A stretch of DNA of 60,547 bases from Actinomycetota bacterium. Lineage in GTDB: Bacteria > Actinomycetota > UBA4738 > HRBIN12. Both the position numbers and the translations under genes were made by a program. Positions 1 to 8,384 of the stretch are shown piece after piece. The notes under the pieces were generated by a model. The model made no database searches. It saw nothing but the letters and a program-made list of their open reading frames with translations, and was not told where the DNA came from. Within the stretch, counting starts at the first letter, position 1, and every line of letters starts with the position of its first letter. The stretch is taken from contig JBOGVD010000083.1 of the NCBI GenBank assembly GCA_050696355.1, positions 1 to 60,547 of the forward strand. Direction: 5' to 3'.

Positions 1-4
1 CGTC

Positions 5-592
5 ATGAACGTTCCGCCCGGGCATGACGTTTGGGTCGTCGGGGATGAGCCGGTGGTCGTCGTGGACGTGCTGGGCAATATCGGCGCGCTCGGCGTGCCG
101 GGCGAGCACGAGCGCCTCGTGACGACCCTCCTCATGTCCGACATCGTCGACTCCACGCTCACTGCGACGAGGCTCGGGGACGCTGCCTGGAAGCAGGTGC
201 TCGCCGAACACTACCGCCTCATCCGCGCGCAGTTCGATCGCTTCCGGGGCAGGGAGGTGAACACCACGGGGGATGGCTTCCTGGCGACGTTTGGCAGCGC
301 CGCCGGCGCTCTACGCGCCGCGGTGGCCACGCGGGACGCGACACGAGGCCTGGGGATCGAGCTCCGCATCGGCGTGCATACTGGCGAGGTGGAAGTGCTG
401 CCGAACGACATCGGAGGAGTCGCGGTCCATGCGGCCGCCCGGATCATGGCCCTGGGGGGCGCATCCGAGATCATCGTGTCGTCGGTGACGCGCGGCCTGG
501 TGGAGGGAAGCGATTTCCACTTCTCGGAGCACGGACATCACCAGGTGAAGGGCCTGGAGCGGCCGATCGAGGTGTTCCTGCTAGAGACCTGA
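5..592 (+). CDS. Class III adenylate/guanylate cyclase catalytic-domain protein (possibly 5'-partial at window edge)
   Basis: ORF 5..592. Cyclase-homology-domain motifs LMSDIVDST (metal Asp), NTTGDGFLATF, IGVHTGEVE, GGVAVHAAARI. The frame is open back to base 2, so the true start may lie upstream of the window. Confidence 0.8.
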   Translation: MNVPPGHDVWVVGDEPVVVVDVLGNIGALGVPGEHERLVTTLLMSDIVDSTLTATRLGDAAWKQVLAEHYRLIRAQFDRFRGREVNTTGDGFLATFGSAAGALRAAVATRDATRGLGIELRIGVHTGEVEVLPNDIGGVAVHAAARIMALGGASEIIVSSVTRGLVEGSDFHFSEHGHHQVKGLERPIEVFLLET

Positions 593-633
593 CGTGCCCG
601 TCGGCTCCGGCTGTCGGCTCGCCGTCAAGTCCC

Positions 634-705
634 CTCGCGGTCGTCGGCGACTCCGACCAGACGATCTACACGTTCACCGGCGCGACGTCAGCGGAGGACT
701 TCTTG
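634..705 (+). pseudogene. Relic of a UvrD/PcrA-type SF1 helicase (motif III only)
   Basis: Frame-1 translation of 634..705 is LAVVGDSDQTIYTFTGATSAEDFL, resembling helicase motif III (VGDxDQSIYxFRGA). Stop at 715..717. The upstream translation is not protein-like. Only about 24 codons survive. Confidence 0.5.
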
Positions 706-1268
706 TGCGCAGCGTGACCTATTCGATGAACGTCTCACTCGACGGCTACATCGTCGGGCCGGACGGCAGCTTCGACTGGACGGCACCCGACAAGGAGGTC
801 TTTCGCTTCTGGATCGACGAGATTCGAGGGGTCGGCGTCCACCTGATGGGACGGCGGCTGTACGAGACGATGCTGTACTGGGAGACCGCCGAGCAGGACC
901 AGTCGCTCGACGAGGCGGAGCTCGAGTGGGCTGCGCTCTGGAAGCCGCTCCCGAAGGTGGTGTTCTCCACCACGCTGTCGGCGGTGCAGGGCAACGCCCG
1001 CCTGGCCTCCGACGGGCTGGCGGAGGAGATCGAGCGGTTGCGAGCCGGGCCGGGGGAGGGCGACATCGCGATCGGCGGCGCGACGCTCGCCGCCGAGGCG
1101 GCCGAGTTGGGTCTGATCGACGAGTACCGGGCCATGGTCCACCCGGTGCTGGTTGGCGGCGGCATCCCGTTCTTCCCCCGGCGCGAGCGCCGGGTGGATC
1201 TCGAACTCGTCGAGACCAGCACCTTGAGCTCGAGGGTCGTCTACCTCCGCCACCGCGTGGCGCGGTAG
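705..1268 (+). CDS. Dihydrofolate reductase family protein (RibD C-terminal domain type)
   Basis: Within ORF 594..1268; likely GTG start at 705 (alternatives GTG 714, ATG 726). Motifs YSMNVSLDGYIVGPDGSFDW, LMGRRLYE, IAIGGATLAAE, LIDEYRAMVHPVLVGGG. Paralog of 46016..46573. Confidence 0.85.
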   Translation: MRSVTYSMNVSLDGYIVGPDGSFDWTAPDKEVFRFWIDEIRGVGVHLMGRRLYETMLYWETAEQDQSLDEAELEWAALWKPLPKVVFSTTLSAVQGNARLASDGLAEEIERLRAGPGEGDIAIGGATLAAEAAELGLIDEYRAMVHPVLVGGGIPFFPRRERRVDLELVETSTLSSRVVYLRHRVAR

Positions 1269-1570
1269 CCCTAAGCGTCCGGTCGGAGCGGGGGCTCTCG
1301 CTTGCGTGAGCGACGTCCGTGGGAACTGCACCTAGGACGCCGTCATCGGGCGGGATGCGATCGCGGTCAGGTCGGCGACGACTTCATCGAGCGGTCGGCA
1401 GGCCTGAGCCGCTAGGCGACGTCCCGGATCGCCCCTAGCGGCCGCGGCCGACGGACCTCGTCAGTGTCGGCTGTCGCGATCAGCGTGGCGAGGTCGGTCA
1501 TGTGGACCACTCAGGTGCCTTATCGGAGATCTGTAGGAACAACTGATGGCCGCCCTCTGTGTTGCCTCGC

Positions 1571-2008
1571 TCATGGGCGTGGATGAGGTACCTCCCTGGT
1601 GGAAAGGTCGGGCACCCGGAAGCTAAGGAACCAGCTCTCGTCCTCACCACGTGCGGAGATGCCCTCGGCGACCACGACAGCGTCGGACGTGCCCCTGCGC
1701 ACGAGCTCGACGTCGATGTTCTTCATCGGGCGCTCATTGCCGGGGCCATAGCAAGCGCCTCCTCCCCCCGGGCCGACGCAGTCGTTGGTCCAGTACTCGC
1801 CAACGATCGAGACCACGACTCGGGGTTGGACTTCCAGGATCCTTTGATCCGGCACGTTGGAGAACGTGAGCATGAAAAGCTGGCAGGTGGTGGCACGTGA
1901 TGGCGAGATCGTGAGCAACGGGAACAGCAGGAGGGCAAGCCAGACGCCGGCCGATCGCCGAAGCTTGCGGCGCTTGGTTCCGTTTGTCTCCTCCGCCCAG
2001 CCTCGCAT
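1571..2008 (-). CDS. Hypothetical secreted protein
   Basis: 145-aa ORF in a lower-GC patch. The N-terminus KRRKLRRSAGVWLALLLFPLLTISPS looks like a signal peptide. No family recognised. Confidence 0.4.
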   Translation of the reverse strand: MRGWAEETNGTKRRKLRRSAGVWLALLLFPLLTISPSRATTCQLFMLTFSNVPDQRILEVQPRVVVSIVGEYWTNDCVGPGGGGACYGPGNERPMKNIDVELVRRGTSDAVVVAEGISARGEDESWFLSFRVPDLSTREVPHPRP

Positions 2009-2242
2009 GTCCCGAAGTATCGGCCTCGCGAGGCCCGGATGCTATAGCGGCCTGGAAGCACGCCGTGGTGCCAAAGCGCTTGCCGATGTCTACTCGAATG
2101 TTCCTCGAGGGCGGGCGCGCCTAGGACGTCTTCGTACTTCTAGAGCGCGGCAGGCGTAATCGTGAAGCCCCGTTGGGCTATCGTCGGTCAGCCGCGCAGT
2201 CGCACGCGATAAGCCCGGTGACGTCGGTGGTCATCCGCGACA

Positions 2243-2989
2243 ATGGCCGACGTGGAAGAGGTCGAGGTCGTCGTTGCCCATCAGGAGCGGGCGACCCTGC
2301 GCGTCGGCGACGTGTTCCTGAAGATCGACACCGATCAGACGCGCACCCACGTCGAAGTCGAGGCGATGGCCATGGCGCCCATCCCGACTCCGGAGGTCTT
2401 GTGGCGGAAGCCGCCCGTGCTCGCGCTCGCCGCTGTCCCGGGGACGGCACTCGGTCGCCTCGGCGAGCGATCGACCGCGTCGTCGGCGGCGTGGGTCGCG
2501 GCGGGTGCCGCCGCACGGATGCTGCACGACGCGCCACTGCCGCGATGGCCCGGTCGGAGCCTCGACGAGATTGCATCGCACCTCGACAGCGAATGCGAGT
2601 GGCTCGTCACGCACGGCGTCCTTCCCACCGACATGGTCACGCGCAACCGCCGGATCGCGGAGGCCGCGCTCCGGCCGTGGAGACCGGTGTTCACGCACGG
2701 CGACCTGCAGATCACCCACGTGTTCGCCGACGGTGACGAGATCACCGGCGTGGTCGACTGGTCCGAGGCGGCCCAGGGCGATGCCCTGTACGACCTCGCC
2801 AGCTTGACGCTGGGACACGAGGAGCACCTTGCCGACGTCGTCTCCGGCTACGGCACCCACGTCGACGTCGACGTGATCCGCGCGTGGTGGTCGCTTCGAA
2901 GCCTGCTGGCGGCCCGCTGGCTGATCGAGCACGGCTTCGACCCGTCCTCGCCAGGCTGCGAGTTCGACGTGCTGAGATCCGCGCAGTGA
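2243..2989 (+). CDS. Phosphotransferase enzyme family protein (APH/choline-kinase fold)
   Basis: 248-aa ORF. Catalytic/Mg motifs FTHGDLQITHVF and GVVDWSEAAQGDALYDLA are typical of aminoglycoside-phosphotransferase-like kinases. Confidence 0.85.
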   Translation: MADVEEVEVVVAHQERATLRVGDVFLKIDTDQTRTHVEVEAMAMAPIPTPEVLWRKPPVLALAAVPGTALGRLGERSTASSAAWVAAGAAARMLHDAPLPRWPGRSLDEIASHLDSECEWLVTHGVLPTDMVTRNRRIAEAALRPWRPVFTHGDLQITHVFADGDEITGVVDWSEAAQGDALYDLASLTLGHEEHLADVVSGYGTHVDVDVIRAWWSLRSLLAARWLIEHGFDPSSPGCEFDVLRSAQ

Positions 2990-3036
2990 GGCGCTGCGCG
3001 AAGCCGGCAACCGAACGCTGACCTAGACTCCGTCGC

Positions 3037-6000
3037 ATGCCGGCGTGCCCCGCATGCGGAGCCGTCAACGCAGCCGACGCGAGGTTCTGCTCGGCGTGCG
3101 GCTCTGCTCTGCAGCCTCCTTCCGCGTCCGTTGAGGAGGTACGTAAGACCGTCACGATCCTCTTCTGCGACGTGACCGGATCGACGGAGCTCGGCGAGCA
3201 GCTCGATCCGGAGTCGATGCGGAAGGTGATGGGGCGCTACTTCGACGGGATGCGGGTCGAGATCGAGCGGCACGGCGGAACCGTCGAGAAATTCATCGGC
3301 GACGCCGTGATGGCCGTTTTCGGGATCCCTTCGCTCCACGAGGACGACGCCTTGCGGGCCGTCCGAGCGGCGGACGGGATGCGCACCGCCCTCGCGGAGC
3401 TGAACAAGGAGCTCGAACGCGACTTCGGCGTGCGTCTCTCGGCCCGGATCGGGGTGAACACCGGTGAGGTGCTGGTCGGACCCGACTCGGCAGACTTCGG
3501 GCGTGTGACCGGAGACGCCGTCAACACCGCGGCTCGGCTCGAAACAGCAGCGCAAGCGGACGAGATCCTGATCGGCGGCGACACCTACCGGCTCGTCCGT
3601 TACGCGGTCGAGGTCGAGCCGGTCGAGCCGCTCGTGCTGAAGGGGAAGGCGGAACCGGTCCCGGGGTACCGGCTGCTCGGCGTCCCCGCCGGGACCGCGG
3701 CCCCGTCGCGCGCATTCACGTCGCCGCTCGTGGGGCGCGAGCGGGAGCTCGAGGATCTCATCCGTGCGCTCGACCGGTCGGTGCGGGACCGAGCGTCCCT
3801 GTTGTTCACGCTCCTCGGCTCCGCCGGTGCCGGCAAGTCGAGGCTCATCGAGGAGTTCCTGCAGCGCGCCGGCGGCTCCGCGGAGGTCGTCGTCGGCCGA
3901 TGTCTGCCGTACGGCGAAGGGATCACCTACTGGCCCGTCGCGCAGGCGCTCCGGTCCTTGCTCGACGTGCACGATTTCGACGAACCGGAGGAACTCGTCG
4001 ACCGTCTGAGGCGGATCGTCGGCGGACACGACCACGCCGACGTGGTCGTCGCGCGGCTCGCCGAGGTGCTCGGGATCAGGGAGGGTCAGGCCCCACCGGA
4101 GGAGATCGCCTGGGCGATCCGACGTTTCCTCGAGATCCTGTCGACGGACCGGCCGGTGATCGCGGTGTGGGAGGACGTCCACTGGGCCGAACCGGCGTTC
4201 CTCGACGCGGTCGACCACGTCGCGGGATGGTCGCGGGATGCGCCGATCATGCTGCTGTGCACGGCGCGCCCCGAGTTCCTCGACGAGCACCCGGGCTGGG
4301 GCGCCGGGAAGCTCCAAGCGTCCGCGCTCTCGCTCCCGCCCCTCGACGCGGGGACGTCGGCGGAGCTGATCTCGAACCTCCTGGGCGGCGCGAGGCTGCC
4401 GGTCGAGGTGAGCGACCGCGTGATGGAGGCGGGCGGTGGGAACCCGCTCTTCGTCGAGCAGATGGTGTCGATGCTGATCGACGACGGCCTCGTGGTCCGG
4501 GACGACGGCGGCTGGCGGCCGGTCGCCGACCTCTCCACGATCACCGTCCCGCCCACGGTCTCGGCGCTGCTCGCCGCCCGGCTGGATCGACTCACGCCGG
4601 ACGAACGGCAAGCGATCGGGGCGGCCTCGGTGGTCGGCAGGGTGTTCTACCTGGGGGCGGTCCGTGAGCTCCTCCCCGAGGCGCTGAGCGAGAGAGCGGA
4701 GACGCTGATCCGTTCGCTGGTGCGGAAGGACCTCGTGCGCGAGGCACGCTCGACGATCCCGGGCGAGGACGGCTTCGAGTTCCGACACATCCTGATCCGC
4801 GACGCCGCGTACGCGGCGATCCCCAAGGAGCGGCGTGTCGAGCAACACCGCGGATTCGCCGAGTGGAGCGTCCGCGTGGCGGGCGATCGGATCGAGGAGC
4901 AGGAGGAGATCGTCGGCTACCACCTCGAGCAGGCGTTCCGCTACCGAGCGGAGCTGGGGCCGCTCGACGACGACGCTCGACGGCTGGCGGGCGACGCCGC
5001 CGCCCGGCTCGAGGCCGCGGGGATGCGAGCGTTCGACCGGCCCGACATGGCGGCGGCCACGAACCTCCTGGGCAGAGCGGCGGCGCTCCTGGAGCCCGAC
5101 GATCCACGGTGGGTCGCGATCCAGCCGACGCTCGCGTACGCCCTCTGGGACACCGGCCGGCTCGACGAGGCGCTCGCCACGATCGCCGAGGCTGAGGAGC
5201 GAGCCAGCGAGCTCGGCGATCCGGTGGCGGCCGCCCACGCATCGGTCGGTCGCGGGTTGCTCCAGCGCGGGGTCGCAGAGGCCGCCGCGAATGAGGCGAA
5301 CGAAGCGATGCGCGTGTTCGAGTCGGCGGGCGACGAGCGCGGCCTGGCCCGAGCGTGGAACCTGGTCACCGGGATCCATTGGGTCCAGGGTCAGGGCGGT
5401 CCGCAGCTCGCGGCAGTGGAGCGGGCCCTGGAGCACGCGCGACGCGCTCAGGCCGGCTACGAGCAGCGCGACGCCTTGCTCAACCTCACGGCCGGGCTCG
5501 TGCGAGGCCCGATGCCGGTGCCGGACGGGATCGCGCGGGCGGAAGCGACGATCGCCGAGCACTCCGCCAGCCGCGAGGTGGAGGCGATCATGTCCCACGG
5601 CCTCGCGCACCTGCGCGCCCGTCTCGGCGAGTTCGATGCCGCTCGCGAGGCGATCGATCGGTATCGGTCCTACCTGAAGGACACCGGCCAGACCTTGGGG
5701 CACGTGCGTTCGTCCGAGGTCGTCTTCGACGTGGAGATGCTCGCGGGGGAGGTCGAGACCGCCCTCGGGATCGCGGAGGAGGCGTGGATCTCGCTGGCGG
5801 ACCTGGGCGATCGATTTCCCTATCTGTCGGCGTTCCTCGGGCAGGGACGCTACGCGGTGGGGCGGTACGAGGAGGCCGCGGAGGCCGCTCTGTTCGCGGT
5901 GGACAACGGCGACGCGATCGAGGGCTCGTTGGGCCTGGGCGTCCTGGCGAAGGTCCAGGCCCGATCCGGCGAGCCCGATCGCGCCCTCGAAACGATCGGG

Positions 6001-6198
6001 GAAGCCGTGGAGCGGATCGACCGCACCGACTTCCTGTTCGACCGCGGCACCGTCCACACCGACCGCGGCGAGACGATGCGGCTCCTCGGTCGCGAAGAGG
6101 ACGCGCTGTCGGCGTTCGGCGAGGCCGTGAGGCTCTTCGAGCTGAAGGGCGATCGCGTTTCGGCTGATCGCGTCCGCCGCATCAGCCCGACGCGGTGA
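3037..6198 (+). CDS. Zn-ribbon / class III nucleotide cyclase / STAND (AAA_16-type) ATPase / TPR multidomain protein, no HTH
   Basis: 1053-aa ORF. N-terminal CPACG-x11-CSACG; cyclase motifs LFCDVTGST, KFIGDAVMAVFG, GVNTGEV, GDAVNTAARLE; Walker A GSAGAGKS; Walker B-like VIAVWEDVHWAE. The C-terminal ~450 aa is helical-repeat (TPR-like). It ends without a LuxR HTH. Confidence 0.9.
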   Translation: MPACPACGAVNAADARFCSACGSALQPPSASVEEVRKTVTILFCDVTGSTELGEQLDPESMRKVMGRYFDGMRVEIERHGGTVEKFIGDAVMAVFGIPSLHEDDALRAVRAADGMRTALAELNKELERDFGVRLSARIGVNTGEVLVGPDSADFGRVTGDAVNTAARLETAAQADEILIGGDTYRLVRYAVEVEPVEPLVLKGKAEPVPGYRLLGVPAGTAAPSRAFTSPLVGRERELEDLIRALDRSVRDRASLLFTLLGSAGAGKSRLIEEFLQRAGGSAEVVVGRCLPYGEGITYWPVAQALRSLLDVHDFDEPEELVDRLRRIVGGHDHADVVVARLAEVLGIREGQAPPEEIAWAIRRFLEILSTDRPVIAVWEDVHWAEPAFLDAVDHVAGWSRDAPIMLLCTARPEFLDEHPGWGAGKLQASALSLPPLDAGTSAELISNLLGGARLPVEVSDRVMEAGGGNPLFVEQMVSMLIDDGLVVRDDGGWRPVADLSTITVPPTVSALLAARLDRLTPDERQAIGAASVVGRVFYLGAVRELLPEALSERAETLIRSLVRKDLVREARSTIPGEDGFEFRHILIRDAAYAAIPKERRVEQHRGFAEWSVRVAGDRIEEQEEIVGYHLEQAFRYRAELGPLDDDARRLAGDAAARLEAAGMRAFDRPDMAAATNLLGRAAALLEPDDPRWVAIQPTLAYALWDTGRLDEALATIAEAEERASELGDPVAAAHASVGRGLLQRGVAEAAANEANEAMRVFESAGDERGLARAWNLVTGIHWVQGQGGPQLAAVERALEHARRAQAGYEQRDALLNLTAGLVRGPMPVPDGIARAEATIAEHSASREVEAIMSHGLAHLRARLGEFDAAREAIDRYRSYLKDTGQTLGHVRSSEVVFDVEMLAGEVETALGIAEEAWISLADLGDRFPYLSAFLGQGRYAVGRYEEAAEAALFAVDNGDAIEGSLGLGVLAKVQARSGEPDRALETIGEAVERIDRTDFLFDRGTVHTDRGETMRLLGREEDALSAFGEAVRLFELKGDRVSADRVRRISPTR

Positions 6199-6235
6199 CG
6201 GTCACCGTGCGTTTCCAAGGGTGGATCCAAGGTAA

Positions 6236-6476
6236 TCGCCTTTCGAGCCGAACCAGAAGGAGGTCCTTCGGAGCGAGCTTGGGCCGACGCAACCGACGCT
6301 CACCTATCTGTTCGAGCCCGCGGACGGAGGGAGGGGGTCACCGTCGGGTCCAGATCGAGGTCTCCGGCATGGCCAGGCTGATGGAGCCGCTGATGCGCAT
6401 CATGATGCCGAAGCGGAATGCCGGCTTCCTCACCAACCTCAAGCGGGTGCTCGAGGACGAGGCACACAGCTCATGA
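6236..6476 (+). pseudogene. C-terminal relic of an SRPBCC (polyketide cyclase/dehydrase-like) gene, frameshifted
   Basis: Frame 2, 6236..6331, gives SPFEPNQKEVLRSELGPTQPTLTYLFEPADGG. Frame 3 from about 6330 gives GGHRRVQIEVSGMARLMEPLMRIMMPKRNAGFLTNLKRVLEDE*, which resembles the C-terminus of the 7786..8231 protein. The shift lies in the G-rich run 6326..6337. The N-terminal half is absent and the relic abuts the stop of the 3037..6198 gene. Confidence 0.6.
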
Positions 6477-6524
6477 CGAGCAGGAAGAGGTGCTGCACCC
6501 GTTGACCCAGCGGCGACTTCGCGT

Positions 6525-6950
6525 TCACACGTTCTCGTCGCGGACGACCGACGCGAGTTGGGCGGTGAAATGCCGCCAGCCCTCCTCGTGCAACGCGGCG
6601 GCGGCTCCGTCGGGAAGCCCGGTGTGACGGAGCGAGAGCACGGTTCCGTCCCCGTCGGACTCGAGCGTGAGCTCCACGGTGGTCGAGCCGGGCGGAACGC
6701 CTTCATCGCCTTCCCAACCCCACGTGAAGACCACGCGACGCACCGGCTCGACCTCGACGAACTCCCCGCTCGCGACGGTGTTTGCATCCATCCAGACGCG
6801 GTACACCCCTCCCGGCCGCGGGTCGAGCTCGGCCCTCACACCCTGCCACTTGACGTACCGCTCGGCCTCGGTCAGGTACGGGAAGACCTCCTCCGGCGGA
6901 TGCTCCAGACGGACGGTGAGCTCGACGGTGTTCGTCCGGTCTGGCGTCAT
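6525..6950 (-). CDS. SRPBCC domain protein (AHSA1/START-like)
   Basis: Within ORF 6525..6995; ATG at 6950 gives an ATGA overlap with the arsR-like stop. Sequence TVRLEHPPEEVFPYLTE...VKWQG...GGVYRVWMD...VVFTWGWEG is typical of ArsR-linked AHSA1-like proteins. Confidence 0.85.
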   Translation of the reverse strand: MTPDRTNTVELTVRLEHPPEEVFPYLTEAERYVKWQGVRAELDPRPGGVYRVWMDANTVASGEFVEVEPVRRVVFTWGWEGDEGVPPGSTTVELTLESDGDGTVLSLRHTGLPDGAAAALHEEGWRHFTAQLASVVRDENV

Positions 6951-7240
6951 CCTTGCCCCACCACGCCTCGGAGCCGGTCCAGATCCTGCGACCACATCTC
7001 CTCGATGGCGGCGCGGAGCGATCCCAGGGCCTCCTGGTCAGCGCGGTAGAAGCGCCGATTCGCCTCCCGCCGCTCCGTCACCAGACCCGCCTTCCGCAGG
7101 ATCGCGATGTTCTGCGAGATCGCGGGCCAGGTCACGTCGAACTTCCGCGCGATGTCCCCGGCCGAGAGCTCGCTCTCCCAGACGAGCCGAAGGATCTCAC
7201 GGCGGCGGGCGTTCGAGATGGCGTCGAGTACGGCCTGCAT
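6947..7240 (-). CDS. ArsR/SmtB family transcriptional regulator
   Basis: 97-aa ORF. Winged-HTH signature ISNARRREILRLV...LSAGDIARKFDVTWPAISQNIAILRKAGLV...RFYR. Confidence 0.9.
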   Translation of the reverse strand: MQAVLDAISNARRREILRLVWESELSAGDIARKFDVTWPAISQNIAILRKAGLVTERREANRRFYRADQEALGSLRAAIEEMWSQDLDRLRGVVGQG

Positions 7241-7249
7241 GCTGCATAG

Positions 7250-7295
7250 TTAAGCACATCCTTCAGGTTGACAGCTTCATTTAGGATGGGCTTAA
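7250..7295. promoter_or_regulatory. Candidate ArsR operator (12-nt inverted repeat) overlapping a TTGACA promoter element
   Basis: The arms TTAAGCACATCC (7250..7261) and GGATGGGCTTAA (7284..7295) are reverse complements at 11 of 12 positions. TTGACA lies at 7268..7273, with an A/T-rich -10-like TTAAAT 18 nt downstream. The site is in the AT-richer divergent region between arsR (7240) and the SRPBCC gene (7341). Confidence 0.45.
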
Positions 7296-7340
7296 ATACG
7301 GCTCCCGGACACGTTCCTCGATCGAGGGAGGCTGAGGAGA

Positions 7341-7775
7341 GTGAGCAGAGACATCGTGCACGGGATCGAGATCCATGCGGATCCCAAGACGGTCTTCGAC
7401 ACCATCTCGACACGATCGGGGCTGGCCGCGTTCTGGACGCCCGACGTCCAAGGCGATGACACGGTGGGCGGCGAGCTCACCTTCGGGTTCTCCGACGCCC
7501 CCGTCCGGTTGCCGATGCGAGTCGCTCGTCTGGAGCCGCCCAAGGAGATCGCGTGGGACTGCCCGGGCGGGTTCCCGTACTGGGAGGGCACCAGCGTCGA
7601 ATGGTCGCTCATGTCGAGCGATCACGGCACGAAACTCGTCTTCCGACACACCGGATCCCCCGACGACGAGCCGGACTACGACTTCGGATCCGTCAGCCTC
7701 ACGTGGGCATCGATCGTGGCGCGGCTGAAGGACGTCGTGGAGGCGGGCGGCGACCCGAACCCGGCCCTGTCGTGA
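7341..7775 (+). CDS. SRPBCC domain protein (AHSA1-like)
   Basis: 144-aa ORF. GTG start preceded by GGGAGGCTGAGGAGA. Divergent from arsR. Sequence IEIHADPKTVFDTIST..GLAAFWT...KEIAWDC. Confidence 0.85.
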   Translation: MSRDIVHGIEIHADPKTVFDTISTRSGLAAFWTPDVQGDDTVGGELTFGFSDAPVRLPMRVARLEPPKEIAWDCPGGFPYWEGTSVEWSLMSSDHGTKLVFRHTGSPDDEPDYDFGSVSLTWASIVARLKDVVEAGGDPNPALS

Positions 7776-7785
7776 CGGTGCGTCC

Positions 7786-8231
7786 GTGAGCGTCGACGTC
7801 ACGACCTCCATCGTGATCGCCCGCCCGCGAGCGGAGGTGTTCGCGTACGCGATCGATCCGGATCGCACGACGTCCTGGTATCGGAACATCACATCCGTCC
7901 GGTGGTTGACGGAGGAACCCTGGCGGTCGGCTCCCGTCTCGCGTTCGTCGCGCACCTCCTCGGTCGGAAGCTCGCCTACACGTACGAGGTGCGCGATCTC
8001 GTTCCGGGGGAGCGGTTCGTCATGAGCACGCAGGACGGACCGTTCCCGATGGAGACGACGTACATCTGCGAGGAAGAAGCAGATGGCGCGACTCGCATGA
8101 CGCTCCGGAACCGGGGCGAACCTTCGGGGTTCGCGAACGTCGCCGCCCCCGTGATGGCTCGCGCCATGCGACAAGCGAACCGGAGAGATCTCGAACGGCT
8201 CAAGGGACTCATCGAGGCGCGCGAGAGCTGA
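7786..8231 (+). pseudogene. SRPBCC (polyketide cyclase-like) gene with a -1 frameshift
   Basis: ORF 7786..8025 gives VSVDVTTSIVIARPRAEVFAYAIDPDRTTSWYRNITSVRWLTEEP. ORF 7902..8231 continues LAVGSRLAFVAHLLGRKLAYTYEV...RDLERLKGLIEARES. The frames join at the CCC run 7918..7920, which is one C short. Confidence 0.75.
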
Positions 8232-8262
8232 CGGGGCGGGCGAGTTGCCCCACATCTGGGAC

Positions 8263-8384
8263 GTCCCAGTCGTTCACCGACCAGCCGCCGTAAGTGAAGC
8301 CGCCACGGGATCCTCCTCCGGTCCGCCGGGCGCCTGCATCACCCCGTCGAGGGTCAGGAACGTGGGCCCGATCACCTTTCGCAT
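8263..8384 (-). pseudogene. N-terminal relic of a RibD_C/DHFR-family gene
   Basis: ATG at 8384, preceded by GGGAGGGA. It reads [26 protein letters not shown], then (2-nt shift) GGFTYGGWSVNDWD. Compare the intact paralog at 15127..15756: [42 protein letters not shown]. Similarity stops at about 8263. Confidence 0.7.

Noticed and set aside
1300-1500. Minus-strand small ORF MTDLATLIATADTDEVRRPRPLGAIRDVA*, plus a shifted-frame continuation ...RPLDEVVADLTAIASRPMTAS*.
   Set aside because: It is protein-like in places, but I recognised no family. It is short and interrupted, and could be a relic or non-coding. Evidence is insufficient.
2022-2035. Perfect 14-nt palindrome GGCCTCGCGAGGCC just upstream of the hypothetical secreted-protein gene.
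   Set aside because: It is a single short GC palindrome with no second site and no adjacent regulator gene. It could be an operator or a small hairpin, but nothing supports either reading.
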